Assembly: GCA_964016885.1 (NCBI GenBank)
Contig: OZ024745.1
Coordinates: 126,976,001 to 127,040,000 of the forward strand
DNA: 64,000 bases
Reading direction: 5' to 3'
From: Eledone cirrhosa
Taxonomy: Eukaryota
Shown here: one piece after another, positions 13,251 through 26,778 of the stretch
How the letters are laid out: each line of letters starts with the position of its first letter
Position numbering within the stretch: position 1 is the stretch's first letter
Made by a program: the position numbers and the translations under genes
Notes under the pieces: model-generated
Told to the model about the DNA's origin: nothing
Databases searched by the model: none
Seen by the model: only the letters and a program-made list of their open reading frames with translations

Positions 13251-13818
13251 ATGAACTTTATCTTGGTCCAGCCATCATATTTTAATGGGATGTGAAGCAG
13301 AATGAACTTTATCTAGCTTTATGGTTTAATGTCCAGCCTTCATGTGTTAATGGGATGTGAAGCAGAATGAACTTTATCTAGCTTTTTGGTTTAATGTCCA
13401 GCCTTCATGTGTTAATGGGATGTGAAGCAGAATGAACTTTATCTAGCTTTTTGGTTTAATGTCCAGCCTTCATGTATTAATGGGATGTGAAGCAGAATGA
13501 ACTTTATCTAGCTTTTTGGTTTAATGTCCAGCCTTCATGTGTTAATGGGATGTGAAGCAGAATGAACTTTATCTAGCTTTTTGGTTTAATGTCCAGCCTT
13601 CATGTATTAATGGGATGTGGAGCAGAATGAACTTTATCTAGCTTTTTGGTTTAATGTCCAGCCTTCATGTTTTAATGGGGTGTGAAGCAGAATGAACTTT
13701 ATCTAGCTTTTCGGTTTAATGTCCAGCCTTCATGTTTTAGTGGGATGTGGAGCAGAATGAACTTTAGCTAGCTTTTTGGTTTAATGTCCAGCCTTCATGT
13801 TTTAATGGGATGTGGAGC
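13251..13818. repeat. 65-bp minisatellite (~8.5 copies)
   Basis: Unit GAACTTTATCTAGCTTTTTGGTTTAATGTCCAGCCTTCATGTGTTAATGGGATGTGAAGCAGAAT. Period 65, for example 13301 to 13366. Confidence 0.95.
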
Positions 13819-14303
13819 ACTAAGACAGTTTATGCAGATATGATGAGCTGAAGCAACTTGATACTAAATACTAAGATCAAAGAGCTTGCGGCAAATTTTC
13901 CAACAGTATGGTAGAACTGTTGTTCCATGATATCCATTTAACAAAAGATCTCTTATGTTCTAAAAACATGATTTATCTATTGACGAAGATGGAGAATATT
14001 GGAAGTATTTCAAAGATGCTGAAAATCATTAAGTTTCTCCCAGTGAACAATTAAGAAACATTCTAACATTCTATTCATGTCAGGAATAATAACTACAACA
14101 CTGGCTAGAAGATTCTTCAATTGACAATAAAAACAACTTAAAACACTAAATACATTAACACTAATTTAACTTCTTTTTGTTGATGTTTTTTTAATGCAGA
14201 TGGCATCTTCAAGAAATATGTTCTCTAAACACTTCTATTTTTCTTCACCAACAAGTCTACATTATTATATATATATATAATTATTATATATATATATATA
14301 TAA

Positions 14304-14492
14304 GGGCGGTGGATTGGCAGTATCGGTAGAGGGTCAGACGCCATGCTTTCCAGAATAGTAACGTCCCTTTACGATCTGAGTTCAAATCCCGCCAAGGTTG
14401 ACTTTGCCTTTCATCCTTATGGGGTCGATAAAATAAAGTACCAGTAATGCACTGGGTAATTGTTGGCCTTGTGCCTAAAGTAGAAACAATTA
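14304..14492 (+). mobile_element. SINE family A
   Basis: Full head, core and tail, inserted in a (TA)n tract. Confidence 0.9.
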
Positions 14493-15068
14493 TTATATAT
14501 ATATATATTTATTTATTCATCCTCTCATCACTACTTTGGCAAATACAGTGACTTCTGTGCTTCACTGAAATATAATAAGGCTTAAACATGTCCAAAATTG
14601 TCTCCTGTATTTGCCAAAATAATCAAGATATTATTAGTTAATAACTAACATTGTTTTTTCCTTATAGCATACTTTTTTCTAGTAAACCTTTTTTTTTTTC
14701 ATACTCTTTGCATTATATAAGGTAACAGTAACTTAATCATTAAAAATAATATTGTCATCCTATTACAAACAGTGGGAGATATGTAGCATGATTTATATAT
14801 ATATATGGACGGCACACATGATCAACAGGGACATTAGCCACTACAGGTACAACCTGTTCACTTTTCTACAGACGTATTCTAACATGCACAGCCAAACTAA
14901 ATGTAACATCATTCCCTTTCTGTCATATCAAATTGTGGTTGTATGTGTGCATGCATTTATGTTCTTTCAAACTTTGGCTGTAGTTTATATTTTTTGTTGT
15001 TGTTAACCAATAATAATTTGAAATTCATAACCAGATGAGATGAGAGGGTATTACATTGTCTTCAGTGT

Positions 15069-15115
<47 letters not shown>

Positions 15116-15664
15116 TGTATGTGAACTGGTCTAAACTAAAATGGCCCTATTCAATTTATATGACAAGTAACAGTCTAAAATAGACATGAGAATGTTTTGT
15201 TTTTGTTTTCAAAATTGGCATGGACTAATTCATTTTGAGGCAAGATAGACTAATCTAATTTAAAGCAAGATAAAATTTAAAATGAAAATGTCCTTATAAA
15301 TTAAGATGATAGATGTTCTTTTTTAATGGGATTGCAATAAATGTTATAATATGACTAATATTCATCTAGAAATGATATGATAAATAAGTCTCCAAAAATG
15401 ATATTTCAGCAAAATATTATTTTCTTATATAGGTATATGTTATTTAGGGAAAGATGAAGTGAGAGTTTCAAATGCCTTTGTCAGTCTCTGTGAAATGGCC
15501 TTATATGATAAACATATACAATATCATCAGAAATAACATGAAATGAAAATATTTCTTCTGAAATTATATCATGTGGCAAGTATTTCTTAGAAATGATATG
15601 GCAAATTGTGTATTATTTTTTCCTCTTCAAACCAGAGAAGGTTCTGTAAAAGTAGTTGATTATT

Positions 15665-16212
15665 TTCGCTCTCTACGTGGAGAGGGGGTGTTCTGAAAGT
15701 ATAGTAGCCGGAATAAAATAGGCTGGAAAAGGTTCAGGGAGCTATTGCCGCTGCTGCCAATGAATGGTTTCTCTCTCCAAGCAAAGTGTAGATTGTATGA
15801 TGCTGTGTAAAGTGTGATGCTGCGTGATAGTGAGACATGGAGAGAAAGGAATACAGTAGGTTCCATTGAATGTGTAATGTCAGTGGACTTGAACAACAAA
15901 ATATTGATGAACTAAATGAAAAACTGGACATAAGAGGAATCAGATGTTGTGTACAGGAGAAAAGTTTGTGCTGGTATGGATGTGTGATACATATGGATGA
16001 TGACCATTGGGTAAAGAAATGCCAAGAGTTCCAAGTGGAATGAAGTCATAGAAGAGGTAGACCAAGGAAGACATGGGCAGCAGTGTTGAATGCCAAACTC
16101 ATGATGCTGAAACTCACAAAGGGGATGACACAGGGAAATATGGAGGGAAGCTGAATTGGAAAGAACTTGTCAAACCCATGCAAGCATGGAAAAGCAGACA
16201 TTAAAATGATGA
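15665..16212 (+). mobile_element. Degenerate RTE LINE 3' fragment, antisense to and just downstream of the ZNF ORF
   Basis: Encodes RIKIGWKRFRELLPLL, RLYDAV, WYGCV and RGRPRKTW. Tail CCCATGCAAGCATGGAAAAGCAGACATTAAAATGATGA. Confidence 0.85.
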
Positions 16213-16321
16213 ATATATCCTAATTATCTTTTGGCCAATGTTATCATATGACAAATATTTCTCACTCATCATATTTAAAATTTAAACCTTTTTGTTTTTG
16301 TTTTTCGATTTCACCATGAAT

Positions 16322-18388
16322 TCATTCTTCAAGATGCCGTTTTATGTGATTCATCAAAGTGGAATTCTGAGAGAATTTCTTGCCACATATTTCACAAGGG
16401 AATGGCTTTTCTCCAGTATGTGTTCTAAGGTGACGTAGCAAAGAAGCTTTTTGGGAGAAATCTTTACCACATATGTCACAGCAAAATGGCTTCTCACCAG
16501 TGTGAGTTCTCATGTGCCTTTCTAAACATTCGTTTTGAAAAAAACCCTTATTACATATTGTACAATTGAATGGCTTTTCCCCTGTGTGTCTTTTCACATG
16601 TCTTACTAAAGAAGAATTTTTAGTGAATTCCTTGCCACAGACATCACACGTAAAGCATTTATCTTCTTCATGAGATTTTATATGCAGTCGTAAACAATCA
16701 TTATTTAAGAACTCCTCTCCACATATTTTACAAGGTAATGGTTTATCGCTTAAATGTGTTTTCATATGACACTGTAGAGTATAGTTTTGAGAAAAATCTT
16801 TACCACAGATTTCACAATGGAAAGGTTTTTCTCCTGTGTGTGTTCGTATGTGACGTTTTAAGTTAAAATTCAGAGAAAATCTTTTCCCACATATTTTACA
16901 AGAATATGGCTTCTCTCCACTGTGTGTTTTGGTGTGTCGTTTTAAACCCCTGTTTCCAGAAAACTTCTTATCACATATTTTACAGTTGTAAGTTTTCTCA
17001 ATGTTGTGAATTTCTTTATGATATTTGAGAGTTGAACTCTGAGAAAATTCTTTTCCACATATTTCACAAGAAAATGGCTTCTCACCAGTATGTGTTCTCA
17101 TATGTAGGGTCAAATTGAAATTAGTTACCAACTCTTTCCCACAGATTTTACAAATATAACATTTTTCTCCAATATGCATTTTCATATGAGCTTTGAGATT
17201 ACTCTGAAGGAATTCCTTTTCACAGATCTCGCAAGAAACAGTTTTCTCTTCAATATGGATTTTTAGATGTCTTTTTAAAGATTTTTTCAGAGAAAAACTT
17301 TTCCCACAGTAGTCACAACAAAATGACTTCTCCTCAGTGTGTATCTTCATGTGCTGTCTTAAGTTTTCATTCAAAGAAAATTCCTTTCCACATATTTCAC
17401 AAGGGTAGCAACTTTCTTCAGTGTGCATTTTTATGTCTCTTTCTATAGGTTTCTCTTCAGAATGAGTTCTCATGTGGTCCCTTAAGTTACTATTTCGTGA
17501 AAAATCTTTTCCACATATTTCACAGGTAAATGGCTTTTCTCCAGTATGTATCCTCATATGTCGCGTTAGATGACAATTTCGAGAAAATGTTTTGCCACAT
17601 AATATACAAGAGAATGGTTTTTCTCCAGTATGTGTTCGGACGTGTCTTTCTAAACATTTGTCACCCCAAAATTCTTTACCACATATTTCACATTTGAATG
17701 TCTTTTCACCAAAATGGATTTTTACATGACGCTTCAAGTTACTATTTTGAGAAAAATCTTTTCCACAAATGTCACAGTTAAAAGGTTTTTCACCAGTATG
17801 TGTCCTTAAGTGACCAATAAGCTGAGAATTATTAAGAAAATCTTTCCCACAAATCTTACAATAGAAATGGTTCAATTCAGAGTGGGATTTCATATGACTG
17901 TCCAATAGAGATCCTTTAGAAAAGTTCTTCCCACAAAGTTCACAGCTAAAAGGTTTAACAACAGTATGTATTTCCATATGACGTCGCAAGTGACAGTTTT
18001 GAGAAAATTCCCGATCGCATATTTCACAACGAAATGGTTTCTCCCCTGTATGCGTTCTTAAATGTCTTTTTAAACAACTATTCAAAGAAAATGCTTTGTC
18101 ACATATCTCACACTGGAAAGGTTTCTCACCTGTGTGTGTTCTCATATGACATTTAAGGTAATAGTTCAAAGAAAATTCTTTGTCACATATTTCACAACGG
18201 AATACTTTTTCTCTTGTATGTGTTTTCATATGACGTCTTAAAGACCGATATAATGAAAAGTCTTTACTGCACAGTTCACATTGGTAACGTTTTTGCCAAA
18301 GTTTGGAATAAACTTCATAATCAACTTCCAAACTTTGGATAGAGTCATCTTCTATAACTGTGTATTCAATCTTTGGAGATAAATCCAT
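16322..18388 (-). CDS. Tandem C2H2 zinc-finger protein (23 fingers, 688 aa, single coding exon)
   Basis: Uninterrupted 2067-nt ORF with 23 CxxC-x(11-12)-HxxxH motifs and many TGEKPF linkers. Short acidic N-terminus with no recognisable effector domain. Confidence 0.97.
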   Translation of the reverse strand: MDLSPKIEYTVIEDDSIQSLEVDYEVYSKLWQKRYQCELCSKDFSLYRSLRRHMKTHTREKVFRCEICDKEFSLNYYLKCHMRTHTGEKPFQCEICDKAFSLNSCLKRHLRTHTGEKPFRCEICDREFSQNCHLRRHMEIHTVVKPFSCELCGKNFSKGSLLDSHMKSHSELNHFYCKICGKDFLNNSQLIGHLRTHTGEKPFNCDICGKDFSQNSNLKRHVKIHFGEKTFKCEICGKEFWGDKCLERHVRTHTGEKPFSCILCGKTFSRNCHLTRHMRIHTGEKPFTCEICGKDFSRNSNLRDHMRTHSEEKPIERDIKMHTEESCYPCEICGKEFSLNENLRQHMKIHTEEKSFCCDYCGKSFSLKKSLKRHLKIHIEEKTVSCEICEKEFLQSNLKAHMKMHIGEKCYICKICGKELVTNFNLTLHMRTHTGEKPFSCEICGKEFSQSSTLKYHKEIHNIEKTYNCKICDKKFSGNRGLKRHTKTHSGEKPYSCKICGKRFSLNFNLKRHIRTHTGEKPFHCEICGKDFSQNYTLQCHMKTHLSDKPLPCKICGEEFLNNDCLRLHIKSHEEDKCFTCDVCGKEFTKNSSLVRHVKRHTGEKPFNCTICNKGFFQNECLERHMRTHTGEKPFCCDICGKDFSQKASLLRHLRTHTGEKPFPCEICGKKFSQNSTLMNHIKRHLEE

Positions 18389-18530
18389 TTGAAGATGAGA
18401 ATGTTCTAGACGTTAGAACTTACTGAATGACATGACAGTAAAATATATTTCAACCTATATTTCATTTTCCTTCTTTTCTTACTTTTGTCTTTCGTCACCA
18501 ACAATCTTAAAGTCATCTTTGAAGGTAAAC

Positions 18531-18545
18531 CTGAAATTTAAAATA
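18531..18545 (-). other. Candidate splice acceptor for the ZNF coding exon
   Basis: Minus strand reads ATTTTAAATTTCAG|GTTTACC, 142 nt upstream of the ATG. This implies an upstream non-coding exon. Confidence 0.5.
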
Positions 18546-19111
18546 CATTATCAGACAAAACAGAATTAGAATGTTTAAAGAATGTTTGGTATCATTAGAA
18601 TATATATTGCAAAAACTAAATTTGAATAAATTAATAATATGCTCATTGTGATAAAATAGCTTGAAACAGTCAAATTAACGAAAGTATATTCCTGACATTG
18701 TGTTATATAAAAAAAAAAATCACTTAGTTCAATGACAAAATGGCTAAAATAATAAAATATTCTAAATCCTATACAAGACATTAATTATTCTACCTCAATT
18801 AGTGTATCAATTCATAATTAGGTTATTAGTATTATAAAGCTAACTAATATTTAAATCATTTCAGCAAAATGTCTGACTATATAATTGATGTTTCAGAAAA
18901 AAAAATATTTACATTTAAACTGACCGTATCCAACTATAATTCTCTCGTTTCTTTCTGTTAAAACCAGTCATAACCACCTGCTCATACTTATATTAAGGTA
19001 TTGTTCTCAAAATAAATAATATCAAAATCTCGTAGCTTTGATATTATGTGAGATAAAGTTTTTACCGTGAAAATACAATAGTATATATATAGAGAGTAAT
19101 GTAAATGCTAG

Positions 19112-21656
19112 ACACTCCTGGTGGTCATATGGAAATTTTAGGGGGGCATATGAAATTTTCGGTGGCCAAATGATATTAATGGAGCATTTGAAACAATAAG
19201 GTGTATTCTTAATTTAGGGAGAAAGTTTGCTTATCTGCATGAAAAATGTGATTTCGTGACATGTGATATTTGCCTGCACGCATGTGAGTGCTAAGAAACT
19301 TGCTGATGTATGAGAGAATGCACGCTTTCTCTCCGCATATCCAGCCACAATGCGTGACCCTGCCGTAACGTCGGAAAAATTTCCTGCTAATATGAAACAT
19401 CAACCTGTGGCTGCAGCGCATGAATATCGACTGGCCAGCTTAGACGACTGCTATTGTGTCATTATTAACGCATCGCATTTCACACATATAACGATCGTCT
19501 ATAATAGTGGAGACATTTAACACCTGATTGCTGACGAATATCTTACCTATGGCATCAAATAAGAAGAAAGTATGCCAATATAGCGACGATTATTTGAAAT
19601 TCGGTTTCATTGAGGCACCTCATGATTCTTGATTGCTTATGTGTCTTCTCTGTCATCAAACACTGAGCAACGAGTCCATGAGGCCTGGGGAACTCTTACA
19701 ACACTTCAATGTGAAGCATGGAGACAAGACATCAAAGCTGCTTTCATACTTTCAAGATCTTCAAAAGAAAGTTTTCTGCCAGTCTACTCTATCTCAATGT
19801 TTTGCTAAAGTAGCTGAAAAGCAGGATAAATCATTAATAGCGAGCTACGAACTTTCAAAATTGATTGCCAAGTATGGAAAACCCCATACAAATCACATAG
19901 ACGACTCAGTGGTCCAGCTTATGCCGCTCAGCAATGACATAGTATGACGATGAATTGATGAAATGTCCATTGATGTGGAACCGCAGCTTCACAGATATAT
20001 TCGAGAAAGTCATTTTTCACTTCAGCTCGATGAGTCAACCATTTGTGGAAGCCGGTCTGTACTTCTGGCATAGGTCAGATTCCAAGACGGTGATGCTTTT
20101 CGAGAGGAAATGCTTTTTTGTCATGCTTTTGAAACTACGACAGCTTCCAATATATACCACCTTGTGATGTCATACTTATCAGAAAACAAGATTCCTATTA
20201 CATCCATTACATCATGTGCAGCAGACGGCTACCCACAATGATGGGCAGACACAATGGATTCCTTAAGCAACTTAAAGATGATAACCCATCGATTTTAACA
20301 GTACACTGCATCCTTCATCAGGAAAACTTGGCTTCCAGATGTCTTTCACCAGAATTACAGGAAGTAGTGCATGCTGTTGTGTCATGCGTAAAGTTAATCA
20401 AGGCGAATCCCAAGACTGATCGTCTTTTTCAGAAATACTGCAAGGACATCAACAAACAACATCTCAGTCTTATCCTAAATACTGACATCAGATGGTTGTC
20501 AAAGGGAAATTGTTTTGCCCACTTTTTTTAATTATTCGATGAAGTTATAAAGTTTTTACCTGAGAGTTCCCACACGAACATCCTTCAAAGAGCTGACGGA
20601 AAATTATTGGTCGCTTATTTGGCTGACATTTTCCAAAAACTCAATTTATTGAACAAGGAATTGCAGGGAGGCAAGGTGACTATTAACATGGTGAAAACCA
20701 AAATATTAGCCTTTATCGATATTTGAATCTTTCTGTGGGTCGCTACGAAAACCTCCCACATCTATCTACCTGTGGACCAGTTCCATCAGAGGTATCAAGC
20801 ATCTTATGCGCTCTTTTGCTTACTTTGGAGAAGAAGTTAACTCTAGATTTCATGACCTGTCTTTCCCTGAATGGCTTTCGCAACTGTTTCTCACACATCT
20901 TTCTGATGTTGATCTGGCTGAGTTAAAAAATGATGATTTTGCTCAAAATCTTTACAAGCACAAAGCAACCATGATGTGGATTGATAATCATTTGAGCACC
21001 CAGTATCCTATTTTGTGCAAAACAGCTGTAAAGTTCTTTCTTCCCTTTCCAACTTCATACGGGGTTAAGAGTGGTTTCAGTGTAGCCAACGATCTCTTAA
21101 CGAAAAAGAGAAACAAACGCCTTGAAATTGAAAATCGTGGAGATTTGTGTATGCGGTTAACAAAACTTAATCTGGATATAGCCAAGCTTGTAGCCAAGCT
21201 TACATCCAGGCATCAAAGTCAACTGTCGCATTAAGTTTGATGACCACTGGACTCGTTTGTCACTTTAATTTTACAGTTCAATTGATACGTTTCGATATTC
21301 TCTTCAACTATATAAAAGCATATTCTGTAAAGTGCCTTTGCCTGTATTACATAATTTTACTACTCCATACCAGTCTTTTCTTATAGCCAATTACTTAGGG
21401 AAGTGCATATAAGTCTTTAAAAGTCAAGAAACCAGTATTTCGATCCCAATTACAATCTGCTTACCACAATTGCTTATTTTCTGTACATTTACCAAAAAAT
21501 AACCAAATAAATCTTTTTGTATTCATTCCGTTGTCGTGGTCTTTTTTGAAATATGTTTGTACACTTATATAAATATCAGTAATATAACGTGGGAGGGCAT
21601 TTGAAAAATCAGGACGTCTTGGGGAGGCATGGAGCAAAAAAGGTTGAGAACCTAGG
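19112..21656 (+). mobile_element. hAT (Buster/Charlie-like) DNA transposon relic, left TIR missing
   Basis: Right end AAAAGGTTGAGAACC. GGGGGGCAT/GGGAGGGCAT subterminal motifs at both ends. Encloses a broken transposase. Confidence 0.88.
19549..21234 (+). pseudogene. hAT transposase pseudogene (ZBED8/SCAND3/Buster-like)
   Basis: Contains MASNKKKVCQYSDDYLKFGF, a BED finger CLLC...HFNVKH, FSLQLDEST, VHCILHQENL, IRWLSKG and PFPTSY..SGFS. Several stops and frameshifts. Confidence 0.92.
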
Positions 21657-24003
21657 CCTTAAATGATTTGCTAAAAGAATAACAAAATACAATTATCAGT
21701 GGTTAACCCTTTAGCATTTAAACCGGCTAGAGTTCTCTCACCTCTTTCTGTTGAAACCAGCTGTAACTTGCCACTCATACTGACGTTAAGGTAGTGTTCA
21801 GACTCGGAGAGGAGATGGGCTCTCCCAGGTTATAAAAATGCCCAAGAGATGATGTATATCACTACCGTGTTCATCAGATGTTATGGGTCCATATATATAT
21901 ATACAATGTTCAGCCCACAAGAAGGTGGAGAGCATGAAAAATAATTCAGCAGCAGTAAAATAGAGAAGATGGAGTAAATAGAAAAAGATCAAATCAAAGA
22001 GGAAACACAGAAAAACAAGAATAGTCATTGATGAGGTTATAGAATGTGTGTGTGACAAAAGAACTTTGACAAATAGCAAAATAATTTTACTATAAAAGTT
22101 TTGTTAAAAAAAAGATTGGTTGGAAAACTGACTTTCAAATAAAAACTAAAATTGACACCAAAAATTATTAATCTGATATTAAATGAACACTTTTGCTTGA
22201 ATTTGACCATCAGATACTGTTTGAATAAATAAACATTTGTATTAGAGACCAGATGGCTTGAGTTAGTTGCCACAACCAAAAGTTTGAGGAACACTAATAA
22301 ATTGAATAAAATAGGTCATCTCAGCAAAATATGTATCTGATGCCAAATTTGTCATCCACTAGTTCTTTAAAACATCGAAGAATTACATTTTACACAAAAG
22401 GAGTACAGTTCCCAACAGCCAACTATAACTTTATAATATAAAAAGAAATTAAATAGTCCTTTCTCTATATAAAGAATAATCATTATCATTTTACAAGGGC
22501 GGTGAATTGACAGTATCAGTAGAGGGTCAGACGCCATGCTTTCCAGCATAGTTACGTCCCTTTACAGTCTGAGTTCAAATCCCGTTGAGGTTAACTTTAC
22601 CTTTCATCCTTACCAGGTCGATAAAATAAAGTACCGGTAATGAACTGGGTAATTGCTGGCCTTGTGCCAAAAGTAGAAACAATTATCATTTTACATTTGT
22701 TTTTTTTTGTTTTTTCATTGTGGCATGGGTTGGACAGGTCTGCCAATGTCTCTTCACCAAGCACCATGGACTTTTGTTATTTGGCATACATAACAGCAGA
22801 GAAAAATCAATCAACTGTTGTTGTCTATGTTGTTAGTTTGGCATGACATTTTATCATCTCACTAGCATCAAATACAGCATCTTTCCATCGTCATCATCAC
22901 CGTTTTACGTCCATTCTTCCACACTAGCATGGGTTAGATAAGTTGTCCTGTTGTGGACAATGCCAGGTCAGGTGACCATGTCTTGCGCTCATACAGAACT
23001 GATTTTGGCTTGATTTCTACAGCTGGATGTCCTTCCTAACATGAACCTCATTTATAGTGAGTACTGGGTGCTTTTTACCGTGGCACCCACACAACCACTT
23101 TAGTGTGGACTGGGTGTTTTTTTGTCGTGTAATTCATAATGTGATTCATCTGTAGACCAATATTTTTTTTAATTCTCTTCCTTTTGCAGGCTACCTCATA
23201 TATTGTGTCTCCCACACCACCCATGTTCTCATCGCTATCCTCCCAGCCTGGCTGAGGATGACACAATGAGCACTCTAGTGTTAATAAGTGATAGTGCCGG
23301 TGTTACAATAAAATACACCTAGCCCACTCTGCAAAGTGATATAGGGCTGGTGCCATGGTAAAAAGCACCCAATCCACTCTGTTAGTTGGTTGTGGCAGTG
23401 CTATGATAAAACACACTTGGTATATGCTGTAAAGTATGATAGTTGGCATTAGGATGGGCATCAAGCCATAGAAACTATGCCAGAATGGAAGATGTGAGTG
23501 ACACTCAGTCAACTGTCTAGCCTCATACTATGACAACCTGTCAAACCTATGCAAGTATGGAAAATAGATATCAAATGATGATGATGCAACTATCAGCTCT
23601 TTGGTGGATTTTGTAGTGACATTCAGATTATTTGCATATAAGAATGTCTAACCCTTTAATATTTAAACCGGCCATATCTGGCCAGAATTCTCTCACCTCT
23701 TTCTGTTCAAACTGGTCTTAACTGGCCACTCATACTGACTTTAAGGTATTGTTCTCAAAATAAATAACCTCAACATTTCATAGATTCGATATTATGTGAG
23801 ATAATTATGTAAGATAAAGACTTTACCACAAAATACAATAGTATATATAAAGTAATGTAAACGCTAAAGGGTTAAAGATAAACACTGATAGATTCTTTCA
23901 ATGACAACAATGAAGAAAAAAGGGTTAACACAAAACTTAGTGAACTGCCATCTATATGTAACATTTCTATCTGAATTCACTACTCATTATTACTGTGCAT
24001 ACA

Positions 24004-24218
24004 GGCGGTGGATTGGCAGTATCGGTGGAGGGTCGGATGCCATGCTTTGCAGCATAGAGTTACGCCCCTTTATGATCTGAGTTTAAATCCCGCCGAGGTT
24101 AACTTTGCCTTTCATCCTTACGGGGTCGATAAAATAAAGTACCATTCGTTTACTGGGGTCGATTTAATCGACTTTCCCCTTCCTCAAAATTGCTGGCCTT
24201 GTGCCTATATAAGAAACC
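24004..24218 (+). mobile_element. SINE family A, long form
   Basis: Includes the GGGGTCGATTTAATCGACTT segment. Flanked by direct repeat ATTACTGTGCATACA. Confidence 0.9.
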
Positions 24219-24384
24219 ATTACTGTGCATACATTACCTTCATACATGGCCTGAACCACAGGAGCCATTAAAGTACATCTAACCTTTTCAGCAACAACCA
24301 GACTACAAAGCTTATACTTCAATATACAACACAACACAAGAATTTAAAGGCTATTTTCTGTGTTAAAGCAGAGGTTAGCCTTAC

Positions 24385-25140
24385 AGATCCCATGACAGAC
24401 TTCTCCATTTGGCCCTCTCCTTTACATATCCTCTCACCAACCCACTAGTTTTCATTTCTCCCTCAACCATCATTAAAGGCCTTTCTTGGTCTTTTTCCTC
24501 TACTTCCTTCCATCATTCCACTCGCCCAGTCTCTTTCATCCTTCCTCAACACATGACTCAGCCATCTCATTCTATTTCTACTCACAATATTCATCACAGG
24601 TTTTATTTCCATCATCTTCTGCAATTCAATGTGTTTTCTTCTTTCAGCAATACACCACTCATCTAGCAGACCATTCTCCTTTCCATTCTCTCAAGTCTTC
24701 TCTTCTGTTCCACATTCATCATCCATGCCTTAAACTCATAACTCATGACACTTCTCACACATGTAGCGAACCTACACCTTTCCCTTAACCCTTTAACATT
24801 TACATTACTCTAAATATATACTGTTTCTACTATTGGCACAAGGCCAGAAATTATCCAGTACATGACTGGTACTTTATTTTATACTATTGAATTTTTGTGG
24901 TAAAGTCTTTATCTTACATAATTATCTCACATAATATTGAATCTATGAGATTTTGATATTTATTTTGAGAACAATACCTTAACATCAGTGTAAGCAGCCA
25001 GTTATGGCTGGTTTGAAGAGAAAAAGGTGAGAGGATTCTGGCTGGATATGGCCAGTTTAAATTTCACTGACATTCCCCTTCTCATTAGCATGCTACTCAA
25101 TTCCAACAACTTTTCTGTGCCTCTCATTCTAGCCACATCT
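24385..25140 (-). mobile_element. RTE LINE C-terminal fragment interrupted by a TTAA MITE
   Basis: Minus strand encodes RMRWLSHVLRK...GKRPRK. The MITE starts at the TTAA at 24785. Confidence 0.6.
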
Positions 25141-26524
25141 ATATATACAAGCTAACATATTACTTGTTCTTAACCCTTTAGCATTTCCATAACTCTATAT
25201 TTACAATTGTATTTTCACAGTAACCACTTTATCACACATAATATTGAATCTACGAGATTTTGACATTTATTTTGAGAATAATGCCTTAACATAAGTATGA
25301 GAGCCGGTTACGGCCGGTTTGAACAGAAAAAGGTGAGAGAATGCTGGCTGGATATGGCTGGTTTAAATGCTAAAGGCTTAACAAAATCTTCTCTTGTAGC
25401 TGTCTCACCAGAAATATAACTTATGTTGATTCTCTCTCTGGACACAAACTCGTTCTGCATTTGATGTATCTTAATCTCATATTAATCTTGACTTAACTTT
25501 CTCAGTTCCTTTTATAACTTGATCTGTCAACCTTAGACATTAAGTCAATGTTTGCATGTATCATCATCATCACAATTTAATGTCTATTAACCATGCTTGC
25601 ATGAATTAGATGGGCTGTCACCTTATGAGATGAAACAGATCAGATGACCATGTCTTGTCCATACATTCTGTTTTGGACATGGTTTTCTATGGCTGGATGT
25701 CCTACATAACAGCAACCACATCAAAATGTGTACTGGGAGCTTTTTTAAGGGCACCAGCACTACCAACTTTAAGAGTGGACTAGGTGCATTTGTCATAGTA
25801 CAAGCAAGTTGCTCAAAGCTGCTTTCCACTGTATATAGGCTGTTGAAGATAGCTAGTCAGGGATGTAAGTCTATTCAGGTGATATTTAAAATTCTTAACA
25901 TACCACAATCACATTTCTGATTGCTTTTGGAAATTAACTAAACAGGCTCATGTTATTTATTCTCAACTGTATCTTTTTTGCAGCAGCTGATGATGTCAAT
26001 GCTATGTTTGGCATTAGGGATTACGTCTTGAAATATAGCCTGATCGACTAAACAAATAACACAGCAATTTCAATCTAACTTAAATGCTTCCAACCAATTA
26101 CCTGCATCTTTACTTTAATCGGAATTAAATAATTTAGCAACAAGTTTTCTTTTATAACTGAACACCATAGAAGCTCAAGAATAATGAAGATTAAAAAAAG
26201 AAAAAAATATATCTTCATATTTATTTTCCCCTAAATTGTGTAGAAGGATATTGGAAGTAGATGAAAAAGAAAGAATAAAGAAAAAAATAAATGTTTAAAG
26301 GAGATGAAAAGAACTTTTGTAATATGTAGCAAAAACGTAACAAATATGGAAGTGTGAAATACTGCACTCTAGCTACTTAACCATTATATCAAGAGGAATA
26401 TTTAGTACAAGCAGAAGCAACCTGAAACTGTTTTACATCAGCTATCTTATCACAGTGCACCACTAAGATTCCTCTCGAAAACTTTGCCCACCCAAATTTT
26501 AATTGCCAACTTTTATTTTATTAC

Positions 26525-26778
26525 CGGGTCGAAACTATAGTTTATTAATTTTAAATGTTGTTATTTGGTGAGGGTCATGTTCGAATATTGCTAGAAAACA
26601 TTAGTAAAACACACTGGCAATATTAGGAAAACATGACCCTCCCCAAACATAACATTTAAAATTAACAAATAATAGAGTTTCAACACACGATTCCCAAATA
26701 TAACAACATTTAAAATTAATAAATAATAGAGTTTCAATAGACGGTTTCTTATCAAAAACCTTACAAAACAAATATATC
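26525..26778. mobile_element. Hairpin MITE-like relic of the ATGACCCTCCCCAA family
   Basis: Inverted arms TTAATTTTAAATGTT...GAGGGTCATG and CATGACCCTCCCCAA...AACATTTAAAATTAA. Terminal AAAAACCTTACAAAACAAAT is shared with the copy near 62140. Confidence 0.55.

Noticed and set aside
19549-21234. Domesticated ZBED8/SCAND3-like host gene
   Set aside because: It has multiple stops and frameshifts and retains transposon ends, so it is a dead element.
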